From Paludibacteraceae bacterium (GTDB taxonomy: Bacteria; Bacteroidota; Bacteroidia; Bacteroidales; Paludibacteraceae), in the NCBI GenBank assembly GCA_016286205.1, contig JAEESF010000009.1, positions 15,314 to 79,313 of the forward strand: a DNA stretch of 64,000 bases. The letters are read 5' to 3'. Under the pieces are notes generated by a model. That model was given only the letters and a program-made list of their open reading frames with translations. It did no database searches and was not told where the DNA came from. This document shows positions 30,820-39,784 of this stretch, piece after piece (position 1 is the first letter of the stretch; every line of letters starts with the position of its first letter). The position numbers were made by a program, and so were the translations under genes.

Positions 30820-31110
30820 TTAGCGGCGAAGATGACGTTTGTCGAACTTAGCTTCCTTGCGGAAATCCCTCTGGAAGCGACATTTGTCCATTCTGGGATC
30901 CATGAAGCGTGGGTCGAAGCGGAAAGTACGCATAGCTTGCATCCTGCGCCATTCTACGCAACGAGGGCAATTGCATTGCTGGAATCGTATCTCTTTGCGG
31001 AAATCGCCTCTGCGTCCTCTAAACTCGCCTCGTCGGCCTTGTGCACTTGCGCTAACAGTAGCGCTCATTGTTGCGGCAACTAACAATGCCATAGTTAACA
31101 TTCGTTTCAT
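30820..31110 (-). CDS. Small secreted Arg/Phe-rich protein with 4 Cys
   Basis: I chose the start at MKRMLTMALLVAATMSATVSASAQ. The mature ~72 aa reads GRRGEFRGRRGDFRKEIRFQQCNCPRCVEWRRMQAMRTFRFDPRFMDPRMDKCRFQRDFRKEAKFDKRHLRR. Confidence 0.55.
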   Translation of the reverse strand: MKRMLTMALLVAATMSATVSASAQGRRGEFRGRRGDFRKEIRFQQCNCPRCVEWRRMQAMRTFRFDPRFMDPRMDKCRFQRDFRKEAKFDKRHLRR

Positions 31111-31213
31111 AACTGTTTGATTTTTAGTGGTTAATACCAAAAACTTAACCGCGACTCATCTCGCAGTTACTATCCCTCTTGCAACTATCGTGCCAAAGTT
31201 ATGAAAGCCTATT

Positions 31214-31825
31214 CTAACGAATGAAATTCGTTCTTTGTCTTGGTTCTGCCTGAGGACGCTCTTCGGTTTTCATTCCACGCAGCATCCAAGCCATATTACG
31301 AGCTAACGTACGCATGGTCTGCAGTCCCTCCAGATCTTGGGCGGCTTCGCCCGGCGCAGCGCCGTGAACGCTATTCCAGTATTGAGAAGGAACGACCGGC
31401 ATATTGTTGATAGTGAAATACTTATTCAGCCGGTCGAACGCACTACTTGCACCACCGCGACGACAAACGACTACCGAGGCAGCAGGACGATGCTGCATGA
31501 GCGATGAGGCGCTATAGAAGAGTCGGTCAAGCAATGCACAGAGACTACCATTAGCGCTACCATAATAAACCGGAGAACCAACAATGAGGCCATCTATACC
31601 CTCTTGCAGAATAGCAAGCAAACGATCGTAGAGAGGGTCAGAGAAAACGCAACGACTTTTGGCTACACATGCAGCGCAGCCGATACATCCGCGTACAGGC
31701 TGATTGCCTATCTCTATCGTAATAGTCTCAATGCCCTCTGCATCAAGCGTGCGGGCTACTTCGTTTAGTGCGATAGCAGTATTGCCATTGTGGCGAGGAC
31801 TGCCGTTGATAAGAAGAACTCTCAT
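31214..31825 (-). CDS. NADPH-dependent FMN reductase / iron-sulfur flavoprotein family
   Basis: MRVLLINGSPRHNGNT plus the Cys cluster GCIGCAACVAKSRC. The start is taken at an ATGA overlap with the upstream stop. Confidence 0.8.
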   Translation of the reverse strand: MRVLLINGSPRHNGNTAIALNEVARTLDAEGIETITIEIGNQPVRGCIGCAACVAKSRCVFSDPLYDRLLAILQEGIDGLIVGSPVYYGSANGSLCALLDRLFYSASSLMQHRPAASVVVCRRGGASSAFDRLNKYFTINNMPVVPSQYWNSVHGAAPGEAAQDLEGLQTMRTLARNMAWMLRGMKTEERPQAEPRQRTNFIR

Positions 31826-32604
31826 TGTATCCAAGGATATTGTTTTTTCAGTTGTTGTGCCCGATCGGCTATGCCTTTGGTAAAAGCCTGTGCTTCAGGC
31901 GAATCGGGATAAAGAAGTGTATGATGGCGGTCGAGCCAAAGGGAATGCAACGTATCCATTTCACGAAGTGTTTGAGCCGAGAAATAGGTCTCGGAGAAAC
32001 GTTCCCAAATATAGTTGACGGCCATCGAAGACGGGTGCACCAAATCGTCCGCATAGAAACGATAGTCACGCAGTTCGTCCAAAACAATCTCGTAACTAGG
32101 GAAATAAGTGACCGAGGAGAACTGATTGCGAAGTTGTTCCACCGCCTGCAAAAGAATAGCCTTGCTCAGCTGATTCTCATGTAAGCCATCCTTGATATGA
32201 CGGATGGGCGAAACAGTAAAAATCCAACATCTGTCTGCGTATTTCTCAAGGATAGGTTGCCACAGAGTGACTATCTCGTCAACCGTCAGTCGTCTCCGTA
32301 AGAAATCGGAAGCCGGACGCTTCTGGCAATTATCCACTACGAGGCCTGTCGCCTTATCCTCGTAGACCCAAGCCGTGCCGAAAGTGATGATAACTATATC
32401 CGCATCGTCCACCAGATGGATATGACGGGCAATAGAAACGGGATTGTAGAGCGTGCCCGTAGGATTAGATAGCGCACGAAGATAGTACTCGTCCATCTTA
32501 CGACCGATAGCATCTACAAAACACGACCCCAACAACAGCCAGCGAGCATCTATAGGTGCTTGCCACGGGCTACGGGGAATATCGACAATGGTTTGCAGTT
32601 TCAT
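31822..32604 (-). CDS. GSCFA domain protein
   Basis: 260 aa containing the eponymous LLLGSCFVDAIG motif and a later HPS motif (DLVHPSSMAV). Confidence 0.75.
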   Translation of the reverse strand: MKLQTIVDIPRSPWQAPIDARWLLLGSCFVDAIGRKMDEYYLRALSNPTGTLYNPVSIARHIHLVDDADIVIITFGTAWVYEDKATGLVVDNCQKRPASDFLRRRLTVDEIVTLWQPILEKYADRCWIFTVSPIRHIKDGLHENQLSKAILLQAVEQLRNQFSSVTYFPSYEIVLDELRDYRFYADDLVHPSSMAVNYIWERFSETYFSAQTLREMDTLHSLWLDRHHTLLYPDSPEAQAFTKGIADRAQQLKKQYPWIQ

Positions 32605-32606
32605 CT

Positions 32607-33836
32607 TTACTCAAAATGCATTACTCGGGCAGGGCTGATTCGACTGATAATCATAGACGGCAGCAACAGAATCAACAACGACAGTGCTATAGTGATCATA
32701 TTCAGCAATATAAGCCATCCCCACGGGAAAGCGATAGGTACGTAACTAACGAAATAGGTAGCTGCATCGAGCGGCACCAGGTGGCAGAAATACTCCAACG
32801 CAGCGAGCCCCAAGCCAAGTACATTGCCCCATAGCACACCTTTGCCAATCAGCATAGCGGCTTGGGTGATAAAGATGCGGCGCACAAAACGATTGTTGGC
32901 ACCAAGCGCTTTGAGCGTGCCTATCAGTTGGATACCATCCAATATCAGGATAATCAGCCCGGAAACGATGTTAAATCCGGCCACCAGAAGCATCAGAATA
33001 ATGATGACCACCACATTCATATCGAGCAAATCGAGCCATGCAAAGATAGCAGGATTCTGCTCTTGAAGGGTCTGCACATAATAGACATTGTATCCCTTCT
33101 CGTCCACATGATTGACCGTAGCAAAATAGATCTGATCGGCTACTTCATCCAGATGGCCAATGTCGGACAGAAGAATCTCTACGCCCGAGAATGTATGTTC
33201 GTCCCAACCTTGCAGGCGGCGAGCAGTCTGGAGGGGAGTCAGCACAAAGAGTTGGTCAAACTCGGCAAAACCGGTCTCGTAGAGACCCACAATCTTGAAT
33301 CGGCGTGCCCGTACTTCATCATCCACAAAATACGCATTGACTGCATCACCCACATGGAGATGGAGCAGATTAGCCGAAGGCTGCGATAACAGTACCTCTT
33401 GCGGTGCCTCAGGCAGCGTACCTTCCTTGAGATGGGCAGCAAAGAAATCCCAATAGTCGGTTCCTTTGAGCACTATTCCCTGGAAGGCCGAATCGGTCTT
33501 CATCATGCCCGGTTTGGTGACGAAAGGCGCCGCAGAAGCGACGTACGGATAAGACGCCAGACGTGTCAGTAGCGAGTCTGAGACCTCGATGGGTTGCAAA
33601 TCGTAGGTATTGTTGTTGTCGAACGAAACGACCTGGATATGCGCGCCAAAACCTGCTACCTGTTGCGTAACCGTCTGCTTAAATCCTACGACCACACAAA
33701 CAGTCAAAATCATGACCAAAACACCCACTATCATACCTGCCAAAGCGACACGAACAGCAGGGCGCGAATTGCGTTGTTCGCCCTGTTGCGAAAAATAAAG
33801 TCGCATGGCAAGTTCTATTTCGGGCCTAATTGGCAT
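32607..33836 (-). CDS. ABC transporter permease, FtsX/LolE-like
   Basis: 409 aa with an N-terminal TM segment, a large periplasmic domain, and a C-terminal three-TM FtsX domain (LKALGANNRFVRRIF). Confidence 0.85.
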   Translation of the reverse strand: MPIRPEIELAMRLYFSQQGEQRNSRPAVRVALAGMIVGVLVMILTVCVVVGFKQTVTQQVAGFGAHIQVVSFDNNNTYDLQPIEVSDSLLTRLASYPYVASAAPFVTKPGMMKTDSAFQGIVLKGTDYWDFFAAHLKEGTLPEAPQEVLLSQPSANLLHLHVGDAVNAYFVDDEVRARRFKIVGLYETGFAEFDQLFVLTPLQTARRLQGWDEHTFSGVEILLSDIGHLDEVADQIYFATVNHVDEKGYNVYYVQTLQEQNPAIFAWLDLLDMNVVVIIILMLLVAGFNIVSGLIILILDGIQLIGTLKALGANNRFVRRIFITQAAMLIGKGVLWGNVLGLGLAALEYFCHLVPLDAATYFVSYVPIAFPWGWLILLNMITIALSLLILLLPSMIISRISPARVMHFE

Positions 33837-33872
33837 AATTTTTGTGGTAAATTTTACAGTATATTTTGCGTT

Positions 33873-34283
33873 ATGAAACGACTATTGGTATCTATTGTTA
33901 GTGTCCTATTTGCGGGTATGATTTTTGCTCAAGAGCAACCTACTTCGGCTCGTGCACAACGTACTCCAGAGGAGGAAGCTACGAAGCAGACTGAACGGTT
34001 GGTTCGCGAGTTGAACATACGTGATTCGGCTCGTATTGACACGCTCTATAAGATGCATCTCAAGTACGCTGTTCTGCGTCGTACGGGACTCACTCGTGCG
34101 CAAGAGATGGACAGGATGAGCGCCATGGTAGCAGAACTAAAGCGAATCCTCACGCCTGAGGAATTTGAGCGCTTTATGAACCACCCTGCTGAGCAGCCTC
34201 GCCGCCCGCACGGAGCCAAGGTGATGTCAAAACCAGACGTTGTAGTAATACAAAAGCAATCACCGACCAAAGAGCGCCAATAA
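33873..34283 (+). CDS. Small secreted helical protein (Spy/CpxP- or DUF4890-like)
   Basis: I chose the start at MKRLLVSIVSVLFAGMIFAQ. The rest is charged and helical, with LTRAQEMD and LTPEEFERF repeats. The track ORF start at 33594 is antisense to the permease gene. Confidence 0.6.
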   Translation: MKRLLVSIVSVLFAGMIFAQEQPTSARAQRTPEEEATKQTERLVRELNIRDSARIDTLYKMHLKYAVLRRTGLTRAQEMDRMSAMVAELKRILTPEEFERFMNHPAEQPRRPHGAKVMSKPDVVVIQKQSPTKERQ

Positions 34284-34764
34284 TCAATCCCGCCAGTATA
34301 TCCGAAGGATAGTGTACTCCCAAGTACATCCTACTATAGCAATTTAGAGCCACCCAAGTCATCAAGGCAACGGTGACTCTTGCGTCTTTGTATAAGAGGC
34401 TAAAGAGCAATGCCACGGCCATCGTATTGGCTGCGTGACCGCTGCAGAATCCATATAGTCCACCCGCATAGCCACGTACGAGACGCAGTGGATCGATAGC
34501 CGGTTCGTGAGTTGGACGCAAACGACAAACCAAAGGTTTGATGATGCCACTGGTGGTGAAATCGCTCAGTCCTACTGCCACCGCAAAGGCTACCAGAGCC
34601 AGAAGAACAATCTTCCAATTGCGGAATTTTTTGATTAGCAGAAGAACCAGGAGCACGTACAGCCAGATCCAAGTACGAGGCTGACTGACCGTCCACATGA
34701 CCTCATCCAACCATTCTGCATAATGGCCGTTGATCCAAAGTAATATATCTGCGTCTATGTTCAT
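34174..34764 (-). CDS. PAP2 family phosphatase (undecaprenyl-diphosphatase / lipid phosphatase-like)
   Basis: 196 aa with KPLVCRLRP, SGH and LGVHYPSDILAG, the three PAP2 motifs. Confidence 0.85.
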   Translation of the reverse strand: MNIDADILLWINGHYAEWLDEVMWTVSQPRTWIWLYVLLVLLLIKKFRNWKIVLLALVAFAVAVGLSDFTTSGIIKPLVCRLRPTHEPAIDPLRLVRGYAGGLYGFCSGHAANTMAVALLFSLLYKDARVTVALMTWVALNCYSRMYLGVHYPSDILAGLIIGALWSVIAFVLLQRLVLTSPWLRAGGEAAQQGGS

Positions 34765-35465
34765 TCGTTAATCAGTACAGCAGTATGACAGGCCACCACG
34801 CCCGCTGTCTCGGTGCGCAGACGACTGTTGCCCAGACTGACAGGCACAAAGCCTAACGACAAGGCCTCAGCCACTTCTGCTTCGCTGAAATCGCCTTCCG
34901 GACCAATCAGCACCAACACATCTCTACCCCGCTCTATTTCATCTTTCAGCACACGTTTATCCTCTTTGTAGCAATGGGCAATGAAGTTCTGCTGATTGAG
35001 TTTGGCTTGCTCCCGAACGAACGCGTCGTATGGTGTCAGTTCGTGCAATACAGGTAAGTAAGGCGTGAGGCTCTGCTTGGCGGCAGAGAGGATGATTTTC
35101 TCTAGGCGGTCGGTACGTAGTTGTTTACGTTCGGAGAAACGGCAGAGAAGCGGTGTGATCTCATCCACGCCAATCTCCACGCATTTCTCAATAGCCCACT
35201 CCATTCGCTCGATATTCTTGGTCGGCGCTATGGCTATATGCAGATGGAAACTATGGTGCGGTTGCTGTTTCTCGCTCGAGAGCACCTCAAAATCGCAATG
35301 CTTAGGATGCGGATTAGTGATACGGGCCGTATAGGTTGTTCCCCGACCGTCTGTGACAAGTATCTCATCGCCAACGGAATAACGCAACACTCGCACACAA
35401 TGGGCACTCTCTTCTTCGGAGAGCGTCTGGCGGTTTTCTATGTCAGGGCAATAAAAGAGATACAT
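34761..35465 (-). CDS. rsmE: 16S rRNA (uracil1498-N3)-methyltransferase
   Basis: 234 aa with an N-terminal PUA-like region (HCVRVLRYSVGDEILVTDGRG) and a C-terminal SPOUT knot (LIGPEGDFSEAE...LGNSRLRTETA). Confidence 0.88.
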   Translation of the reverse strand: MYLFYCPDIENRQTLSEEESAHCVRVLRYSVGDEILVTDGRGTTYTARITNPHPKHCDFEVLSSEKQQPHHSFHLHIAIAPTKNIERMEWAIEKCVEIGVDEITPLLCRFSERKQLRTDRLEKIILSAAKQSLTPYLPVLHELTPYDAFVREQAKLNQQNFIAHCYKEDKRVLKDEIERGRDVLVLIGPEGDFSEAEVAEALSLGFVPVSLGNSRLRTETAGVVACHTAVLINE

Positions 35466-35469
35466 TTTA

Positions 35470-35497
35470 TAATTGAAAATTGAAAATTGAAAATTTA
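35470..35497. repeat. 8-bp tandem repeat aattgaaa x3 between prfA and rsmE
   Basis: Read directly: taattgaaaattgaaaattgaaaattta. Confidence 0.9.
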
Positions 35498-36595
35498 CAA
35501 TTCGCTTTCTTTGAGGCGTTCAGCGTTTTCGGCTACTTGCAGGGCGTCAATCACGCCTTGAATGTCGCCGTCCATGAAAGCGGCGAGGTTATAGACCGTA
35601 TAACCGATGCGATGATCGGTAATACGTCCTTGTGGATAGTTGTATGTACGGATCTTCGCAGAGCGGTCACCCGTGGAAACCATGGTCTTACGGCGTGCTG
35701 CAATGTCGTCAATGTATTTCTGATGCTCCTTGTCATAAATCTGCGTACGCAGACGGCTGAGAGCACGCTCTTTGTTCTTAGGCTGGTCGCGCGTCTCGGT
35801 ACACTCTATCAGTATCTCTTGCACTTCGCCGGTATTCGGATTCTTCCAATTGTAGCGAAGGCGGACGCCCGATTCCACCTTATTGACATTCTGACCTCCT
35901 GCACCACCCGAACGGAAAGTCTCCCAACGGATTTCTCCCTCGTTGATATGCACCTCAAATTCATCGGCCTCGGGCAAAACGGCTACCGTAGCAGCGGACG
36001 TATGGACGCGCCCTTGCGTCTCCGTGACAGGCACGCGCTGCACACGGTGTACGCCTGACTCGTACTTGAGCGTGCCGTACACATTTTCGCCTGTAACGTT
36101 GAAGATGATCTCCTTGTAACCACCTGCAGCACCTTCGGTGAAGGAGGAGATTGTATATTTAAACCCTTTGATCTCGAAATACTTAGTGTACATACGGAAG
36201 AGATCTCCGGCAAAGATAGCAGCTTCGTCTCCGCCTGTACCGCCACGAATCTCCATGACAACATTCTTTCCGTCTTCCGGATCTTGCGGCAAGAGTTGCA
36301 GTTTCAGTTCTTCTTCCAGTTTCGGCACTTCCGGCTCGAGTGTCTCTATCTCTGCCCGAGCCATCTCACGCAGCTCAGGGTCTGTCTCATTGTGAAATAG
36401 GTCTTTAGCTTCCTGCAGGTCGTTCACGGCTTTCTTGTAGCGATGTGCACACTCAAGGACGCGCTCCAGATCATGGTAATCGCGATTGAGTCGCACATAA
36501 CGAGCCTGATCAGCAATAACTGACGGATCGGTGATAAGCAGGCTCACTTCGTGAAACTTAGCCTCCAGGCCTTCTATCTTGTCTAAAATATCCAT
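35495..36595 (-). CDS. prfA: Peptide chain release factor 1
   Basis: 366 aa with the GGQ loop (SGGAGGQNVNKVESGVRLRY) and a P-V-T tripeptide (RVPVTETQGRVHTS) at the RF1 PxT position. Confidence 0.93.
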   Translation of the reverse strand: MDILDKIEGLEAKFHEVSLLITDPSVIADQARYVRLNRDYHDLERVLECAHRYKKAVNDLQEAKDLFHNETDPELREMARAEIETLEPEVPKLEEELKLQLLPQDPEDGKNVVMEIRGGTGGDEAAIFAGDLFRMYTKYFEIKGFKYTISSFTEGAAGGYKEIIFNVTGENVYGTLKYESGVHRVQRVPVTETQGRVHTSAATVAVLPEADEFEVHINEGEIRWETFRSGGAGGQNVNKVESGVRLRYNWKNPNTGEVQEILIECTETRDQPKNKERALSRLRTQIYDKEHQKYIDDIAARRKTMVSTGDRSAKIRTYNYPQGRITDHRIGYTVYNLAAFMDGDIQGVIDALQVAENAERLKESEL

Positions 36596-36597
36596 GC

Positions 36598-37500
36598 TTA
36601 CATTCCAAACTTATACGCTTGCATCACATTTTGTAGTAACGAGGCGATCGTCATAGGTCCTACTCCGCCCGGCACAGGTGTGATATAGGCGGCTTTAGGT
36701 GCTACGTTATCAAAATCAACATCGCCTACTACGCGATAGCCACGTGGCGCTTTAGGGTCCTCTATGCGATTGATACCTACGTCGATCACTGTTGCGCCTT
36801 CTGCCACCATATCTGCTTTTAGCAGTTTGGGACAACCGGCCGCTACGATGATGATATCCGCTGTGCGACAGACAGCTGCCAAGTCGCGTGTTTTGCTATG
36901 GCAGATAGTGACCGTAGCATCGCCTATGGCAGACGAGCTCATGCCCGGGAAACTCAAGTACGGGCGCTGCATCAGCAACATCGCGATAGGTTTGCCCACG
37001 ATGTTGGATCGGCCTATGACCACTACGTGCTTGCCTTCGGTAGAAATATGATACCGCGCCAATAGTTCACGAATACCTCGTGGTGTAGCACCGATGATGG
37101 AAGGCAATCCAAGCACCGTACGTCCCACATTGGCAGGCGTCAGGCCATCCACATCTTTGCGATAATCTATAGCCGCCAGGATGTTCTGCTCGCTAATATG
37201 TTCCGGCAGCGGCGACTGGACGATGAAACCGTCTATGTTGGGATCGTTGTTGAGTCGATATATCTCTTGAAGCAAGGTCTGCTCGGTGATGTATTCTTCG
37301 TACGCAATCTTCTCCGCCTCGATGCCCACTTCTGCGCAAGCTTTCAGTTTGTTGGCCACATAGGTCTCGCTGGCCGGATTATGGCCGACGATGATGATAG
37401 CCAAGCGCGGAACACGTTTGCCTTCCGCCTTCAGCCGTTCTACCTCGCTGTGCAGTTCCCCGCAAATCTCTGCCGCTATTTTCTTACCGTCTATAATCAT
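36598..37500 (-). CDS. folD: Bifunctional methylenetetrahydrofolate dehydrogenase/cyclohydrolase
   Basis: 300 aa with YVANKLKAC, VIGRSNIVGKPIA and TPVPGGVGPMT. Confidence 0.93.
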   Translation of the reverse strand: MIIDGKKIAAEICGELHSEVERLKAEGKRVPRLAIIIVGHNPASETYVANKLKACAEVGIEAEKIAYEEYITEQTLLQEIYRLNNDPNIDGFIVQSPLPEHISEQNILAAIDYRKDVDGLTPANVGRTVLGLPSIIGATPRGIRELLARYHISTEGKHVVVIGRSNIVGKPIAMLLMQRPYLSFPGMSSSAIGDATVTICHSKTRDLAAVCRTADIIIVAAGCPKLLKADMVAEGATVIDVGINRIEDPKAPRGYRVVGDVDFDNVAPKAAYITPVPGGVGPMTIASLLQNVMQAYKFGM

Positions 37501-38798
37501 CAGCGCTTACGCATTTGCTGCACTTTCTTCATCATCTTGCTGGTCTGGTCAAACTGCTTGAGGAAGCGGTTGAGCGCCACTATATCTACGCCTGCGCCTT
37601 TGGCGATACGATTCTTTCGGCTACCATTGAGCAGACCTGGATTCGCACGCTCAGCCGGCGTCATCGAATTGATCATGGCTTCGATGGGCTTGAACGCATC
37701 GTCGCTGACGTCGATATTCTTCATTGCCTTGTCCATACCCGGAATCATGCCCATCAGGTCTTTCATCGAACCCATTTTCTTGATCTGGTTGAGTTGGCCG
37801 ATGAAATCATTGAAATCAAACTGATTGTGGGCAATCTTCTTGCTGATTCGGCGTGCTTCGGCTTCGTCGTACTGCTCTTGAGCACGTTCTACTAGGCTGA
37901 CGACGTCACCCATACCCAAAATACGGTCGGCCATACGAGCCGGATGGAACACATCGAGCGCCTCCATCTTCTCGCCCGTTCCGATGAACTTAATTGGCTT
38001 GTTGACCACCGAACGGATAGATAGAGCGGCACCACCACGTGCATCGCCATCGAGCTTGGTCAGTACCACGCCATCAAAATCGATGCGGTCGTTGAATTCC
38101 TTGGCAGTATTCACTGCGTCCTGACCGGTCATAGCATCCACTACGAACAGCGTCTCAGAGGGAGAAATGGCTTTCTTAATAGCCTCTATCTCCTGCATCA
38201 TCTGCTCGTCCACGGCCAGACGACCAGCGGTATCGACGATCACTACGTCGTAACCCAAACGCTTGGCCTCGGCTATAGCATCTTGGGCTTTCTTGACGGG
38301 ATTAGCCTCTCCTTCGCCGGTATAGACCTTCGCATTGATCTGCTCGCCTAGTACGCGCAACTGCTCGATGGCAGCAGGACGATAGACGTCGCAGGCGACC
38401 AGCATGACGCGTTTGTTCTTCTTGGTCTGCAACCAGTTAGCCAGTTTGCTGGCAAAAGTGGTCTTACCGGAACCCTGCAAACCGGACATCAGAATGACAG
38501 CAGGCGAACCTTTTAGGTTCAGTTCCTGTGCTTCGCCGCCCATCAGTTCTGCCAGTTCGTCGTGCGTGATCTTGACCATCAACTGTCCGGGACGTACACT
38601 GGTCATGACGTTTTGGCCCAGTGCTTTCTCTTTCACCTGGTCAGTAAACTGCTTGGCGGTCTTGTAGTTGACATCTGCTTCCAGCAGCGCTTTGCGGATA
38701 TCCTTGACTGTTTCCGCAATGTTTATTTCGGTAATACGGCCTTCACCTTTTAGGATTTTGAACGACCGTTCCAGTCTCTCTGATAGATTATCGAACAT
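37500..38798 (-). CDS. ffh: Signal recognition particle protein Ffh
   Basis: 432 aa with GLQGSGKTT, DTAGR, TKLDGD and a Met-rich M domain (MGSMKDLMGMIPGM). Confidence 0.95.
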   Translation of the reverse strand: MFDNLSERLERSFKILKGEGRITEINIAETVKDIRKALLEADVNYKTAKQFTDQVKEKALGQNVMTSVRPGQLMVKITHDELAELMGGEAQELNLKGSPAVILMSGLQGSGKTTFASKLANWLQTKKNKRVMLVACDVYRPAAIEQLRVLGEQINAKVYTGEGEANPVKKAQDAIAEAKRLGYDVVIVDTAGRLAVDEQMMQEIEAIKKAISPSETLFVVDAMTGQDAVNTAKEFNDRIDFDGVVLTKLDGDARGGAALSIRSVVNKPIKFIGTGEKMEALDVFHPARMADRILGMGDVVSLVERAQEQYDEAEARRISKKIAHNQFDFNDFIGQLNQIKKMGSMKDLMGMIPGMDKAMKNIDVSDDAFKPIEAMINSMTPAERANPGLLNGSRKNRIAKGAGVDIVALNRFLKQFDQTSKMMKKVQQMRKR

Positions 38799-38821
38799 AG
38801 TACTCCAAATTAAATCGGCCG

Positions 38822-38856
38822 CAAAATTACTAAAAAATTATCAAATATACAAATAT
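38822..38856 (-). promoter_or_regulatory. Promoter for ffh (-7 TAATTTTG)
   Basis: The reverse complement reads tttgtatatttgataattttttagTAATTTTGcggcc. Confidence 0.6.
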
Positions 38857-38861
38857 TTGAC

Positions 38862-38886
38862 AAAAAAAAGCACCCCGAAGGGTGCC
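38862..38886 (-). terminator. Rho-independent terminator ending the small-ORF operon
   Basis: On the minus strand, GCACCC-UUCG-GGGUGC followed by U8. It lies 8 nt after the stop of ORF 38894..39280. Confidence 0.85.
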
Positions 38887-38893
38887 GAACGCG

Positions 38894-39280
38894 TTACGGA
38901 TTCTGCTGATCGTACGCATCTCCGCAGACTTTCCAGAGGTAGGAGACAAAGGTCTTCTTGCCGTTGGGTTGGTCCTTTTGCGCGACGAAAGCGGCTTGGT
39001 CGGCTGCTATAGTGCCCAGGTTCTGACGGCGTGCTGCGACTGCGCGGCTAACTGCTGCGAACTTAGTACGGCGGTCCAACTCATCCTGATTGGGCAAGGT
39101 AGAGCGGTTGTACTCACCTACGGCGTAGAGCCGTGTGCATACGGGGTTCAGCGTCGGTGCTGTGCGGTGTGTCGCTAGCAGTGCACTCGAGTGCGAACTG
39201 TGTGCCTGACCTTTTTTCGGTCGCTTACTCAATAATCCGGAAACATACTCGATTCCTTTCATCCATTTTACAATAGCCAT
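38894..39280 (-). CDS. Small hypothetical protein, paralog B (128 aa)
   Basis: ORF in an operon with 39309..39614. It shares MA....M....SG.L, P..(Q/E)...R.KF..V..A.AA and AF..Q. patterns with the upstream ORF. I recognise no family with confidence. Confidence 0.6.
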   Translation of the reverse strand: MAIVKWMKGIEYVSGLLSKRPKKGQAHSSHSSALLATHRTAPTLNPVCTRLYAVGEYNRSTLPNQDELDRRTKFAAVSRAVAARRQNLGTIAADQAAFVAQKDQPNGKKTFVSYLWKVCGDAYDQQNP

Positions 39281-39308
39281 AATAATTAAGGTTTTTGGTT
39301 TTTATTCA

Positions 39309-39614
39309 TTAATCTCCTAATTTTGCATACTCTTGTGCGAACATATAGCCGCGCAAGGTTTTGTACTCTTTTTGTTTTCTAAACGCTGTTTCATATGCGT
39401 CTTTTTCTTCTTGGGTCAAAGCTGCTATTGCTATCACAACTTGTTTGAATTTGTTACGTTGTGCTATCTGAAGTGCACTCGGCTCTCCGGTAAACGGATT
39501 ACATATCTTACCGGTGTAGAGCGTTCCGTTTCTGTTAGCAAAATAGACATCTGAATGACCACACAATTTCCCGCTAAGGGATAGCAACAATTCCATTGGA
39601 ATATATTTTGCCAT
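39309..39614 (-). CDS. Small hypothetical protein, paralog A (101 aa)
   Basis: MAKYIPMELLLSLSGKLCGHSDVYFANRNGTLYTGKICNPFTGEPSALQIAQRNKFKQVV... It is the first ORF after the long leader and lies 28 nt upstream of paralog B. Confidence 0.6.
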   Translation of the reverse strand: MAKYIPMELLLSLSGKLCGHSDVYFANRNGTLYTGKICNPFTGEPSALQIAQRNKFKQVVIAIAALTQEEKDAYETAFRKQKEYKTLRGYMFAQEYAKLGD

Positions 39615-39784
39615 TGTTTACTGACAAACTTTTTTTACCCGCATTGTCTTCTCGGGGTTAAGGATAATAGGTTTTCGCATCTTCTCTTAAAAATTCATCT
39701 TCTTTATGTGCACATATGTTAAATTCCTTTCTTCTTACATATTATAAATGAATAGATATAGTAACCCCTTGACGTATTTCGTAC

